DNA of 64,000 bases from an uncultured Chloroflexia bacterium (GCA_963739395.1 CAVUAE010000001.1:1386930-1450929), one strand, 5' to 3'. Numbered from the stretch's first letter, positions 38,750-49,469 are shown. Notes: generated by a model from the letters alone, not told the origin. Program-made: numbers and translations.

Positions 38750-39436
38750 ATGGAAATTCTTCACCGCCACAGCTGGCAGGTCACTCCCAAGCAAGCAATA
38801 GCAATTCAAACCCAGCTGGCTAGCGAGGTTTCCAGAATTAGTGACGGAAAAACCCCGCGTTTTATCGCCGGCGTTGATATTTCACTGAATAGATTTAACA
38901 AAATGGGCGCTGGAGCGGTGGTCGTATTAAGCTATCCCGACTTGGAAATTGCGGAAATACAGGTGGTGACCAGCCGTGTTGATTTTCCTTATGTGCCGGG
39001 ACTGTTATCATTCCGGGAAGCTCCGTTACTATTGGCGGCTTTTGAAAAACTAACACTTGTGCCCGATATCATTATGGTAGATGGACAGGGCGTCGCTCAT
39101 CCACGTCGTTGCGGCATTGCTTCGCATCTGGGACTTTTGCTGAGCATACCGACCATCGGTTGCGCTAAATCACGTTTATGCGGTGAACATGAAGTGCCAA
39201 GTGCTGAAGTCGGAAGTTATGCAGAACTTAAGGATAACGGTGAAGTTATCGGTGCGGTACTACGTACCAAGTCTGGTGTAAAACCGCTTTATATATCCAT
39301 CGGTCACAAGATTGATTTGTTCGCAGCAATTAAGTGGGTATTGGCGTGCTGTCGGGGTTATCGTTTACCTGAACCTACGCGATTGGCCCACCAGGCGGCA
39401 GGAGCCAGTTTAAAGACAAAACTGGCTTTACGATAA
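38750..39436 (+). CDS. nfi: Endonuclease V, probably leaderless
   Basis: AGVD, FPYVPGLLSFRE, VDGQG.AHPRR.GIA.H, GCAK, RLPEPTR.AH; TATAAT 5 nt before ATG. Confidence 0.95.
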   Translation: MEILHRHSWQVTPKQAIAIQTQLASEVSRISDGKTPRFIAGVDISLNRFNKMGAGAVVVLSYPDLEIAEIQVVTSRVDFPYVPGLLSFREAPLLLAAFEKLTLVPDIIMVDGQGVAHPRRCGIASHLGLLLSIPTIGCAKSRLCGEHEVPSAEVGSYAELKDNGEVIGAVLRTKSGVKPLYISIGHKIDLFAAIKWVLACCRGYRLPEPTRLAHQAAGASLKTKLALR

Positions 39437-39471
39437 CGGGAATGAGATAATAGTTTTAGAGAAGAGGGAAT

Positions 39472-40573
39472 ATGTCGGATTTAACCGAAAAGCTCAAGGA
39501 CTTACAGAAACGGGTCGCAATGGCCCTGGAGTATCTTTGACATCGCCAATGTTGAAAAAGAAATTATTAAGCTGGAAGAGCAATCCGCCAAGCCCGATTT
39601 CTGGCAAGACCAAAACAATGCCCAGGGCGTAATGCGCCAGCTCGCTGAAAAGAAGAAAACGGTGCAGCGGTGGCGGGGATTGGAGAAAAAGCTGGCGGAT
39701 ATCGCTGAACTTATATCAATCTCACAATCAGATGAGTCTTTGCTAAAGGACTTGGGTAAAGAAATAGATGACCTCACAGCCCAAGTTAATGATTATGAGT
39801 TTCAGTTAGCTTTCAGTGGCGAATATGACGCGCGTAATGCAATTTTAACGATACATGCGGGGGCGGGGGGCACGGAGTCGCAGGATTGGGCGGAGATGCT
39901 GATGCGTATGTATTTACGTTGGGCAGAGCGCCGCGGCTTCGAGACCGAAATTTTGGATACCTCACATGGCGATGAAGCAGGCATAAAGAGAATAGTTATT
40001 GCCGTCAAAGGCGAGTACGCCGACGGTTATTTAAAGTCGGAACATGGCGTGCATCGATTGGTGCGGCTTTCGCCTTTCGACTCCGACCACGCGCGGCATA
40101 CATCGTTTGCTTTAGTCGAGGTTATGCCTGAAGCTGAAAGCGATATTGAGGTCAACATCAAGCCGGAAGATATTAAGGTGGAGACTTTTCGTTCCAGCGG
40201 ACCTGGCGGACAGCACATGCAAAAGACAAGCAGCGCCGTCAGAATTACGCACCTGCCGACGGGCACCGTCGTTTCCTGTCAGAGCGAGCGCTCGCAGCAT
40301 TTGAATAAAGAATTCGCCTTCAAGATATTAAGGTCACGCCTGCTGGAGCTGGAGATTGAAAAAAGGGAAAAAGAACAGGCTAAAATAAAAGGGAAGCGTA
40401 TCGATGCGGGGTGGGGCAGTCAAATCAGGAGTTACGTTTTACATCCGTACCGCATGGTCAAGGACCACCGCACGGACTACCAAACCAGTAACACCGAAGC
40501 CGTACTTGACGGTGAACTGGATGATTTTATCAACGCTTATTTAAGGTCAACAATGGGTAAGAAGGCTAAATGA
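39472..40573 (+). CDS. prfB: Peptide chain release factor 2 with programmed +1 frameshift
   Basis: First frame MSDLTEK...EYL ends at CTT TGA C (39535-39541) with an internal GGAG SD. The +1 frame continues into the SPF and GGQ motifs. Confidence 0.96.
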
Positions 40574-41679
40574 AAAAGATAGTATTTATAGTCCTGGCGT
40601 TAATATCGCTGGTGTTTTTCTTGGTCCCCGGCAATGTACAGGCTGATAGCGGCTTAGTTGTGTCCCCCAGCCTGGCGACAGTGAATTTTCCCACGAGCAT
40701 CATTATCAGCATCTCAGCCGAAAGCGATGTTAATATCACCGATATCCGCTTGCACTATACCGTTGCGCGGAAGAGTTACGCGCAAGTAATTGCCGAAGCC
40801 GTTATTGCCTTTACACCGGCCAAAAAGGTAGAAACACAATGGGTATTGGACATGAGAAAAGTCGGTTCGCTGCCATCTGGCACCGTGATAACTTACTGGT
40901 TAACCGTGACCGATGCCTCGAGCAGTCAAGTTGAGACATTACCGACTGCCGTTCATTTTGACGATAATCGCTATAGTTGGAAATCAATCCACGAAGGGCA
41001 GATAACAATGCACTGGTATACCGGCAATGATTCATTTGGGAGTGATTTGATGGCGACGGCGCAAGCGGTGTTGAACAAACTAGCGGAAAACACCGGGGCG
41101 GAATTAGAGGACGCCGTAGATTTTTATATCTATAACAGCTCCTCAGATTTGCAGGGGGCGATGATAAATCCGCAGGAGTGGATGGGTGGGGTAACTCTTT
41201 CCGAATATAACACTATTGCCATCGGTATCGGCACAACCGAAGATGAAATTACCTGGGGCAAACGCGCCATCGGTCACGAACTCACCCATATGGTATTGTA
41301 TCAGGTTACTTCAAATCCTTATAACTATATCCCATTATGGCTTAACGAGGGTATGGCGATGTATTCCGAGGGTGATTTGGAGATAGCCTTTGTCGTGGCG
41401 TTATCCAACGCCGAAACCGATAAAGCGTTTTTATCGGTGCAAAGCTTATGCAGTCCGTTCCCCGCCGATTACAATCAGGCGATACTTGCTTATGCTGAAA
41501 GTTATAAAATCGTGTCTTATCTGATTAACGAATACGGGCGGGAAAAAATGTTGGAACTGCTTAATGTTTTTAAACAGGGCAGCGATTACAATGAGGCTTT
41601 ACTGAAGGTATATGGCTTTGATATGGAAAAGCTAAATACACTATGGCGTACTGAACCAACAACGGTATATAGTAGTTAA
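40570..41679 (+). CDS. Secreted peptidase MA-like (gluzincin) protein
   Basis: Signal peptide; HELTH...WLNEGMA. Confidence 0.85.
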   Translation: MKKIVFIVLALISLVFFLVPGNVQADSGLVVSPSLATVNFPTSIIISISAESDVNITDIRLHYTVARKSYAQVIAEAVIAFTPAKKVETQWVLDMRKVGSLPSGTVITYWLTVTDASSSQVETLPTAVHFDDNRYSWKSIHEGQITMHWYTGNDSFGSDLMATAQAVLNKLAENTGAELEDAVDFYIYNSSSDLQGAMINPQEWMGGVTLSEYNTIAIGIGTTEDEITWGKRAIGHELTHMVLYQVTSNPYNYIPLWLNEGMAMYSEGDLEIAFVVALSNAETDKAFLSVQSLCSPFPADYNQAILAYAESYKIVSYLINEYGREKMLELLNVFKQGSDYNEALLKVYGFDMEKLNTLWRTEPTTVYSS

Positions 41680-41693
41680 AGCCTGTTTTATTT

Positions 41694-41903
41694 TTAGCTC
41701 TTCGGGGAGACGGCGGTAAGGGGTTTAGCGACTGCTTGGTCAGCAGGTTTTTCACTCTTCTGAAAGTCAGTGAGTTTAAGGTCGTTTTTACTCCAGGTTG
41801 CGCCGCACTGAATGCATTCGATATAAACACCGTAAATATCACACTCTATCGAGAGGTCCCCACCGCATCTTTTACAGGCTTTAGAGCGTATTAAACAAAG
41901 CAT
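41694..41903 (-). CDS. Small zinc-ribbon protein
   Basis: CKRCGGDL...CIQCG; AAGGAG RBS before MLCLI. Confidence 0.7.
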   Translation of the reverse strand: MLCLIRSKACKRCGGDLSIECDIYGVYIECIQCGATWSKNDLKLTDFQKSEKPADQAVAKPLTAVSPKS

Positions 41904-42114
41904 TTTTTGCTCCTTGAATTTTTGATTTTTACTTATTCTGATAATATAGATTTCAGTGCCTTTTATAAATCTAGGAAACACCTAATTTATTGATAACGCA
42001 CCATCAAATCGATTGGTGGTTTCCACTCAATGTTCACCCTAAGAAAGCTAGTAGTTGATAGTTGAAAAGACGAATCTTGCTTTGTTTATAAGCGAGGTGA
42101 TAGACTAAGGCATT

Positions 42115-42825
42115 GTGAAAAAGCAGGATTCTATTAAGCCTAAATCGATGACAATTCACGATTTACCGGTGGCGGACCGACCCCGTGAAAGACTGCAAAG
42201 AATAGGGGCGGAGGCTTTATCCGCCCAGGAGATTTTGGCGCTGATATTGGGACGCGGCATCTCCGGCGAATCGGTTATGGTAACGGCGCAGCGACTGCTT
42301 AAGCAGTTCGGGGGACTTAAAGGAATTGCGGCGGCGTCGCTGGAGGAGCTGGCACAGATTAGGGGCATCGGCATCGCTAAAGCCTCCCAGATAAGAGCCG
42401 CTGTGGAGCTAGCCAGGCGTGTCGAAGGTTATTCCGAAGCATTAGACAAAACACCTTTAAAGACGCCTGAAGCTATCGCCAACCTGGTGATGGGCAGGCT
42501 TAAAGACAAAAAGAAGGAATATTTCCTGGCGGTACTTCTCGACACCCGAAACCAGCTTATCAAGGTGGCGGAAATTTCTATCGGTAGCCTGGATACCAGC
42601 ATCGTGCATCCCCGGGAGGTCTTTAAAGAAGCGATTTCTGCCAGCGCGGCAGCGGTAATCTTCGTCCATAATCATCCATCGGGGGATACCGAAGCTTCCG
42701 AAGATGATATTGCCTTAACGAAAAGACTGACACAGGCAGGAGAAATAGTTGGTATAGACGTTCTCGACCATTTAATTATCGGCGGGAAGAACTATACCAG
42801 CCTCAAAAGACTGGGCTTGTTTTAA
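42115..42825 (+). CDS. radC: RadC/JAB-domain protein
   Basis: RPRERL, HhH, VHPREVF, HNHPSGD..S.ED, DHLIIG. Confidence 0.95.
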   Translation: MKKQDSIKPKSMTIHDLPVADRPRERLQRIGAEALSAQEILALILGRGISGESVMVTAQRLLKQFGGLKGIAAASLEELAQIRGIGIAKASQIRAAVELARRVEGYSEALDKTPLKTPEAIANLVMGRLKDKKKEYFLAVLLDTRNQLIKVAEISIGSLDTSIVHPREVFKEAISASAAAVIFVHNHPSGDTEASEDDIALTKRLTQAGEIVGIDVLDHLIIGGKNYTSLKRLGLF

Positions 42826-42845
42826 ACTCTCCCGCCGATATTAGT

Positions 42846-43301
42846 TTATTCTCTCATAACCGGCTTGGTTTTATCTTCCGGCACGCGAACATACTTCGAT
42901 GTTAACGCGATATCCATGAAAACAATAGGTTTGCGGATTATTCTGAACTCTAGCGGCGTGTGAACCATGCCTGCTGGAACGTAAACGAAAGAAGACTCGG
43001 TGATAACCAGTTTTTCCTGCTTGCCTTTTTCGCCCAGATAAAGCCAGACCTCGGCATCGAAATCATTAACATGGGTGGCATCGGCGTTCTGGAAGGCTAA
43101 AAATTGGTCGAAATCATGGGTATGGGGGTCGTTTATCATCAGGAATGGCTCGGTGACACAGAACCAGTCCATGCGATAGCCGGAGTCCCACTCTTTACCC
43201 CAGATATGAAAAGATTTGGCGGTAAGCTGCGGATAGAGCTTGGTGAAATCTGCCACCGGCTTAGCTTTATAGTATTTAGCATACTCCTTAGGAATCGTCA
43301 T
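42846..43301 (-). CDS. Cupin-fold hypothetical protein
   Basis: PHTHDFDQ...YVPAGMVHTPL. Confidence 0.7.
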   Translation of the reverse strand: MTIPKEYAKYYKAKPVADFTKLYPQLTAKSFHIWGKEWDSGYRMDWFCVTEPFLMINDPHTHDFDQFLAFQNADATHVNDFDAEVWLYLGEKGKQEKLVITESSFVYVPAGMVHTPLEFRIIRKPIVFMDIALTSKYVRVPEDKTKPVMRE

Positions 43302-43409
43302 ATCATGCTCCTTATCTAGTATTGTTTGCTAATGATTATATGTTGAAGACTGAAATAATTCAAATGTAGTATGGATTATGATATATTGATTTTAGGAAGT
43401 TACTTTAAG

Positions 43410-45053
43410 ATGACGATGCAAAAATTTAAGACCGCGGATAAAGCCCTCTTTATATCTATTATATGTCTAACGATTGCCCTGATATGTTTGCTTGTTTTAT
43501 ATGTTCGCTCGTGTCTTCCAACGACTACAGAAACACAAACACTAACACCAACAATTACCGGCGGCGGCACGTTAAGACTATTCGGTACCGACCCCACTAC
43601 GCTCGACCCGGCATTATCGGCTGACGCTGGTTCTCATCAATATGTCATCCAAATATTTTCCGGTCTGGTAAGACTCGGCGATAATCTGGAACCGACACAG
43701 GATATTGCGAAAAGCTGGGATATCAGTGACGATAAATGCACATTTACTTTTCATCTGCGGGAGGATGTGGTTTTCCAGGATGGGCGGAAGGTAACCGCAG
43801 ATGACTTTAAGTATTCTTGGGAGCGCGCCTGCGACCCGGCGACCGGCTCGAGGGTGGCTAGCACTTATCTCGGCGATATTGTAGGCGTGAAAGAAGTCAT
43901 CGAGGGCAAAACTAAAAAAATCAGCGGCGTCCAGGTGATTAACGATTACACGCTACGAGTTACTATCGATGCCCCTAAATCGTATTTCCTCTCTAAAATG
44001 GCTTATCCTACGGCGATGGTAGTAGATAAAAATAACGTGGCTCAAGGCGTAAACTGGTGGCGTCAACCTAACGGTACCGGACCATTTAAGCTTAAGGAGT
44101 GGCAGCAAAGCAGTCTACTGGTACTGGAAAGAAATAATAGGTACTACGGTCAGGTGTCTAGCCTGGAATTTGTGGAAGTCCAAATGTATACCGGTGATGA
44201 AATGACTTTATATGAGACTGATAAAATCGATGTCGCTAATGTTAGTGTTGTCGATATTGATAGGATTACGGATAAAGAGGGACCCTTTTATAGCCAATAT
44301 CACATATCACCTTCATTGAGCTTTAATTGGATAGGTTTTAACATTACCAAGCCGCCTTTCGATGATGTGAATGTGCGTAAGGCTTTTATCATGGCTATCG
44401 ATAAAGACAAGATAATTAACCTGATATTTCGTAATCTGGTGCAGCGAGCTAATGGTATCTTACCGCCTGGTATCCCCGGTTATAATGAAAACCTAGTCGG
44501 AGTGGAGTATAACGTTGAAAAAGCCAAAGAGCTGATTGCCGCTTCTAAATATGGGAGCGTGGCAAACCTGCCCCCGATTATCTGGACGACATCAGGTTAT
44601 GGCGGGCAGATATCACAAGCATGGTCGGCGATTATTTCGCAGTGGCGTGAGAATCTTGGGGTAGAGGTAAAGGTAAGACAACTCGAACCCGACTATTTTC
44701 TCTATTACATTAAAGATGAGGTGGATAACATATATGATTTGGGCTGGATAGCCGATTATCCTCACCCACAGGACTTTACCGAGGTGCTTTTCCATAGCGG
44801 CGTCGAATATAACTATGGCGGATATTCTAATCCAACTCTAGACGCTTTACTGGATAAAGCGGCGGTAGAGCAGGACGCCGCGAAAAGCTTACAGATGTAT
44901 CAACAGGCGGAGCAAATGCTGGTGGATGATGCCGCCGTGATACCGTTATGGTTCGGGAAGAATTATCTGTTAGTCAAGCCCTACGTTGAAGGCTACGAAC
45001 TTAACGCGATGGGCAATTTAATGTTCAATAAAGTGAAGCTTAAGGAACACTAG
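43410..45053 (+). CDS. Peptide ABC transporter substrate-binding protein (family 5; start uncertain)
   Basis: TLDPA, FTFHLR..V.F.DG..VTA.DF.YS, GTGPF, GWIADYP. Confidence 0.9.
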   Translation: MTMQKFKTADKALFISIICLTIALICLLVLYVRSCLPTTTETQTLTPTITGGGTLRLFGTDPTTLDPALSADAGSHQYVIQIFSGLVRLGDNLEPTQDIAKSWDISDDKCTFTFHLREDVVFQDGRKVTADDFKYSWERACDPATGSRVASTYLGDIVGVKEVIEGKTKKISGVQVINDYTLRVTIDAPKSYFLSKMAYPTAMVVDKNNVAQGVNWWRQPNGTGPFKLKEWQQSSLLVLERNNRYYGQVSSLEFVEVQMYTGDEMTLYETDKIDVANVSVVDIDRITDKEGPFYSQYHISPSLSFNWIGFNITKPPFDDVNVRKAFIMAIDKDKIINLIFRNLVQRANGILPPGIPGYNENLVGVEYNVEKAKELIAASKYGSVANLPPIIWTTSGYGGQISQAWSAIISQWRENLGVEVKVRQLEPDYFLYYIKDEVDNIYDLGWIADYPHPQDFTEVLFHSGVEYNYGGYSNPTLDALLDKAAVEQDAAKSLQMYQQAEQMLVDDAAVIPLWFGKNYLLVKPYVEGYELNAMGNLMFNKVKLKEH

Positions 45054-45060
45054 CCTTTAC

Positions 45061-46038
45061 TTAAGTGTATTTGCTTCTTAAAGTCTCGCCGGAGTGGGGA
45101 CTATACAGCGCTGGCGGGATATCCAACATCGTAAAAGCGCCCTTATGGCCCGATTCCTTAAGGCGGTAAGCAGCTCGGGCGCAGGCGACGAGGACACTGC
45201 CGGTAAACTCCGGGTTACTAGCCAGCTGGCAGCGGTATTCAATTATCTGTTTATTCTTTTCCCCGGTAACCCCGGAAGTCATTACAAAACCACCGTGAGG
45301 GTACTTGTTGTGTTCTTTCGCCATTTGCTCGCGGCTGATGAACTTCACTTCTGTATTGTAATCGGAAAAATAGTTGGGCATACTGGTAATAGCTTCTCGG
45401 ATTTTCTCCTTATTGGCCCCGTCTTCAGCAACAACGTAGACTACGCGCTTATGTTTTCCCCGGCTGGTGAATTCCGGTGTTTTACCATCTCTAACCTGTT
45501 TCAGGGCGGATTCGATGGGATGGGTGTAGGAGCGGGCATCAATAACTCCTTTTATCGTCCGGGCGGCGTCGGAATGTCCCTGACTAACGCCGGGTCCCCA
45601 GAAAGTATAGCCCTTGCTACCGGGAAGAAAGGCGTTACCTAAAACCCTTTCCAGCGAAAAGATTCCCGGGTCCCAACCGGCAGAAATAACAGATACATTA
45701 CCCTTTTCTTTAGCGATAGCGTCCATCTTATGGAAATAGTCGGGGATATTGGCATGAGTATCGAAGCTATCGACGGTGCTATACCAGCGGGCGAAAAGAG
45801 GACCCTGTACTGGCACATCATCTTTTGAGCCACCGCAAAGAATGACGACGTCGATAGTAGTAGACGGCTTCGGAGCATCTTTCTCTATCTTCAGTACCGG
45901 ATTATCCTTGATTTCTTTTTGTACCGCTTCCGGACGGCGGGAAAAAACGGCGGTTAGCTTCATATCAGGATTATTTTTAATGGCGTTTCTCACGCCACGT
46001 CCGACATTACCAAAACCCGCGATGGCAACATTAATCAT
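45061..46038 (-). CDS. ddh: meso-diaminopimelate dehydrogenase
   Basis: GFGNVG, CGGS..D, TVDSFDTH, GWDPG, FWGPGVSQGHSDA, NPEFT. Confidence 0.93.
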   Translation of the reverse strand: MINVAIAGFGNVGRGVRNAIKNNPDMKLTAVFSRRPEAVQKEIKDNPVLKIEKDAPKPSTTIDVVILCGGSKDDVPVQGPLFARWYSTVDSFDTHANIPDYFHKMDAIAKEKGNVSVISAGWDPGIFSLERVLGNAFLPGSKGYTFWGPGVSQGHSDAARTIKGVIDARSYTHPIESALKQVRDGKTPEFTSRGKHKRVVYVVAEDGANKEKIREAITSMPNYFSDYNTEVKFISREQMAKEHNKYPHGGFVMTSGVTGEKNKQIIEYRCQLASNPEFTGSVLVACARAAYRLKESGHKGAFTMLDIPPALYSPHSGETLRSKYT

Positions 46039-46053
46039 ACTTTTCTCCTTCGA

Positions 46054-47124
46054 TTATATAAAGAAAAAGGCGATGGCAATTAATATATACACGGCGATAA
46101 GTTGGGCGCCCTCAAGCCAGTGGCATATGCCGTCGGCGCTAATGTAGTTAGCAATCATCGCCGTCATCACTAGTGCGGCTAAGGCGAATGGACTGAACTC
46201 AAGGTTAAGTGTGGTGCCGATTAGTGGGGTGCTTACCAGTATCAACACTGGCACCACGAACAGGGCAATCTGTAGAGCGGAACTCATGCCGATTTCCAGC
46301 GATAGCGTCATATTGTCCTGTCGGGCGAAACTAATGGCGCTGACATGCTCCGGTAAATTGGTAATGATAGCGATGATGACCAGCCCAAGAAACGTCTGGC
46401 TCAAGCCCATATCAGCGATATGCAAGGTGATGGTATTGACCAACAGGGAAGCCTCGAAACTGCCCAATCCCACCGCAATAAGCAGGAGAATAACGGCGAT
46501 AGGTAATGGCCAGGGACGGTATTGTGGTTTGGGGGGTGCTTCGCGTTCGACGACGAAAAGGTGTTTATGTGTCACTAACGTATAGAGCAAACTCAAGAGG
46601 TAAATAATACCCAATACTATAGAAACAGCCAGACTCATGGTATGAGTAGGATTAGTCACCAGCATGCTGTACATGGAAGGCAGGACCAGACCAGCCACAG
46701 CGATAATCAACATCGTTGAAGAAAGCCCTGCCGAATCTTTGTTAAAGCGTTGTTCTTTGTATTTCAATCCTCCGAATAACATCGAGAGACCAATGAGTAA
46801 TAACACATTTAGTATTATTGAGCCGATAATAGAAGCCTTAACCATTTCCAGCAGTCCGGCGCGCAGGGCAAAGATAGCGATAAAAAACTCAAAGACATTA
46901 CCAAAAGTAGCATTAATAAGCGCAGAAACAGTTGTGGAAACCCGCTGGGCGATAATGCCGGTCGTCTCAATAATAACGTGAGAAATCCCGACAATAGCCG
47001 ATGCGGTGGTGATAAATGTCAGCAATGGGTGGAGGTTAAGATAATAAAAAGCAGCCGAAAGTGGAATAAAAATAAGAAAGGCATCGAGGATATGAAAGCG
47101 GGACTGCGTATTTTTTAACGGCAT
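46054..47124 (-). CDS. Ca2+/H+ antiporter (CAX/ChaA family)
   Basis: NATFGN..E and N.PEH alpha-repeats; about 11 TM helices. Confidence 0.9.
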   Translation of the reverse strand: MPLKNTQSRFHILDAFLIFIPLSAAFYYLNLHPLLTFITTASAIVGISHVIIETTGIIAQRVSTTVSALINATFGNVFEFFIAIFALRAGLLEMVKASIIGSIILNVLLLIGLSMLFGGLKYKEQRFNKDSAGLSSTMLIIAVAGLVLPSMYSMLVTNPTHTMSLAVSIVLGIIYLLSLLYTLVTHKHLFVVEREAPPKPQYRPWPLPIAVILLLIAVGLGSFEASLLVNTITLHIADMGLSQTFLGLVIIAIITNLPEHVSAISFARQDNMTLSLEIGMSSALQIALFVVPVLILVSTPLIGTTLNLEFSPFALAALVMTAMIANYISADGICHWLEGAQLIAVYILIAIAFFFI

Positions 47125-47190
47125 ATAATATTATACCGTTTTACAAGCGCTTTTCCATAGTAAGGGGTGGGATTATGCTTTTGACTTGTT

Positions 47191-47354
47191 AAGTTTTCTT
47201 GATTTATGGGTAAACCCCTCGACTCGCTGCGTTCGCTCGGGGTAAATCCCTCGACTAAATAAGTTTTCTTGATTTATAGGTAAAACCCTCGACTCGTTAA
47301 AATTTCTTGAAATATGGGTAAACCCCTCGACTCGCTACGCTCGCTCGGGGCAAG
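47191..47354. repeat. Three ~36-bp degenerate direct repeats interleaved with family-E hairpins
   Basis: AAGTTTTCTTGATTTATGGGTAAACCCCTCGACTCG-like units at 47191, 47261 and 47299; CCCCTCGACTCGCT..CGCTCGGGG hairpins. Confidence 0.8.
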
Positions 47355-47441
47355 CGGAGGGGGTGGGATTCGAACCCACGGTCGGCTTGCACCGACAACG
47401 GTTTTCAAGACCGTCACCATAGGCCACTCGGACACCCCTCC
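47355..47441 (-). tRNA. tRNA-Ser (anticodon TGA), long variable arm, CCA not encoded
   Basis: GGAGGGG acceptor stem, ACGGT-CTTGAAA-ACCGT anticodon arm, GTCGG-TGCAAG-CCGAC variable arm, GGTTCGAATCC T arm. Confidence 0.95.
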
Positions 47442-47506
47442 GATGTACCTAATTTGTAGCTAAATTAATCTTAAACAACTCGTTTATCAAATATACATAA
47501 TACTTT

Positions 47507-47528
47507 TAGCTAACGGATAGCTAACGGA
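47507..47528. repeat. Tandem 11-bp direct repeat, probable integrase arm-type sites
   Basis: TAGCTAACGGA x2, overlapping the integrase stop. Confidence 0.6.
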
Positions 47529-48699
47529 CACTTTCAGCGGCTGATTCATTATACTTTGTTGTAAATGCCTCGTCAAAGCGTTTGGCCGCAGCTTCCTGAA
47601 GCCCCGGTGACACGTGCGAGTAAGTGTCCAGGGTAATCGTTATACTAGAATGGCCGAGGCGCTCTTGGACAATCTTTGGGTGTATCCCTTGCTTTAGCAT
47701 AATTGAAGCGTGAGTATGCCTGGCATCGTGAAGGCGTATAACCTTAAGGCCGGCACGGGCAGTTAACACAGTCCAGGCGTGGGTGATGGTATTGGGGCGT
47801 AAGGGCTTACCGTCCACGGTACTGAATACCAAGTCATCATCTTTCAGCAGTGTTTCCAACTGGGCCCGGGTAGCTTCCTGCTGTTCCTTATGCTCTCTAA
47901 GGACTAAGGTGACAGATGGTGAAAGCGCAATCATCCGGCGCCCCTTAGCTGTCTTAGGCGCTCGGTAGACAATGCTTCCATCCCGAAGCTGGTGAAGGCT
48001 ACGGTTAACATATACCTGGCATAAGAGCAGGTCAATATCAGACCACTTCAGAGCTAGGAACTCAGACCGTCTCATGCCAGTGAAAAGGGCAGTGTAGAAT
48101 AGCGCATAATAGGGTGTGTCCTTGGCAGATTCAAGGAAGCGGGTTATATCATCTTCACTCCAGGTATGCATTTCTGGACGTTCAGCGTGGGGTGGTCTAA
48201 CAGCATCAGCAGCATTTCGTGATAATAACCCCCACCCTACAGCAGTTTGAAGGGCTTTATGTAAGGCGGTATGGTGGTGTCTTACCGTCTGGGCACTCAA
48301 TCCGCACGAGCTATCACAGCGACCACTATGTAACATCTCAGAATAATACTGTTGGAGATGCTCAGGTTTAAGCTGTGTCAGAGTAATATTGCCAAGTTTG
48401 GGGGTAAGGTGCTGACGTATGATAGACTCATAACCTTCAGCCGTCCTGGGGGCAAGGTAGGGCCAGGCGTAATCCTTTAGCCACCTCTCAAGGTATTCTG
48501 CCAGTGTCGTTTTGCTAGGCTTTATAAAGGTGCCGGTATCTAGCTGGTGAAGCATATCAGCAAGCCTCTTTTCAGCCTCTTTTTTAGTTCCTTTAACAGT
48601 AATCCATTGTTGCTTACGCTTGCCTGTAGCCGGATCAGTACCTAAGTTCAAGACGATGTTATAGGAATCCTCATACCGCTTGATTATATGTCCTCTCAT
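47521..48699 (-). CDS. Tyrosine integrase (ICEBs1/phage-like, with arm-binding and SAM-like domains)
   Basis: TGMRRSE, PKT, RLHDARHTHAS, RLGHS, TLDTYSH. Confidence 0.95.
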   Translation of the reverse strand: MRGHIIKRYEDSYNIVLNLGTDPATGKRKQQWITVKGTKKEAEKRLADMLHQLDTGTFIKPSKTTLAEYLERWLKDYAWPYLAPRTAEGYESIIRQHLTPKLGNITLTQLKPEHLQQYYSEMLHSGRCDSSCGLSAQTVRHHHTALHKALQTAVGWGLLSRNAADAVRPPHAERPEMHTWSEDDITRFLESAKDTPYYALFYTALFTGMRRSEFLALKWSDIDLLLCQVYVNRSLHQLRDGSIVYRAPKTAKGRRMIALSPSVTLVLREHKEQQEATRAQLETLLKDDDLVFSTVDGKPLRPNTITHAWTVLTARAGLKVIRLHDARHTHASIMLKQGIHPKIVQERLGHSSITITLDTYSHVSPGLQEAAAKRFDEAFTTKYNESAAESVR

Positions 48700-49469
48700 T
48701 TTTGTACCTCCTCGGGTTTAACTTCAACACTTTCATCAACAACTTTGTTGAATGCTTCCATTAGCCTCTTTTTTTCTTCCGGTGTTCGTTTTTTAGGAAC
48801 CGGACCCTTAAAAGAACGAAGATATTTCGTGCACAAATTCAAATAATAAGTATGGTCGATCTTTGCATCCTGAGGCTTTATTAAGTAAATAGGCGTAAGA
48901 ACCCATATTTTCGATTTCTCGGGTTCGCCTTTTGATTGAAATAAGTCTAAGTCTAATTCGAACGTTTCAAAATCTTTTAGATTACCGTGTTTGATTTGGT
49001 ACATTTGCTCCATCGTACAATATTCGTGAACCCACCAAGAAAGCCACCAGGTGATGTTGAGAGGCTCTTTGCCTTCGTTCAAATACAATATTATGGGGTA
49101 CAACCTGGATACCCAGATTGCTTCGCGTCTGCTCATAGGCGTAAGTTTTTGTTCCATACAGTAAATTTGCATTTTTAGCAGCATTGCTAAAGAGTCTGGG
49201 GAAAGCGGGAAATGCTCTAAGCTCCCCAAAGTCCAGGGTTTTTCTTGAGGGCTAGCCCACATGTCCCGTAAGTTAGAAATATTATCGGCTACTATTTTTT
49301 GAATCGATCTTTTTTGAGGTATTTCTTCTTGCTTCAAACCATATTTGTCGTGCTCCCTGAGTAGATGGTTACGGATCTGATTAGCGGAAAAGTTACAGTT
49401 ATCTTTCTTCACCCTCACGACTGCATCTTTAACGTGATTCTCTATATTGCTGGAATGTCCCCTTGACAT
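48696..49469 (-). CDS. Hypothetical protein, possible N-terminal HTH regulator
   Basis: FSANQIRNHL...PQKRSIQKIV; divergent from the excisionase. Confidence 0.65.
   Translation of the reverse strand: MSRGHSSNIENHVKDAVVRVKKDNCNFSANQIRNHLLREHDKYGLKQEEIPQKRSIQKIVADNISNLRDMWASPQEKPWTLGSLEHFPLSPDSLAMLLKMQIYCMEQKLTPMSRREAIWVSRLYPIILYLNEGKEPLNITWWLSWWVHEYCTMEQMYQIKHGNLKDFETFELDLDLFQSKGEPEKSKIWVLTPIYLIKPQDAKIDHTYYLNLCTKYLRSFKGPVPKKRTPEEKKRLMEAFNKVVDESVEVKPEEVQK

Noticed and set aside
47163-47174. GGGGTGGGATT as a duplicated tRNA 3' end (att remnant)
   Set aside because: Only 11 bp, low complexity, and it excludes most of the acceptor end; chance cannot be excluded.
47191-47334. Three ~36-bp repeats as a mini CRISPR array
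   Set aside because: The gaps are 34 and 2 nt, the longer gap is itself repeat-derived, the repeats are degenerate, and no cas genes are present.
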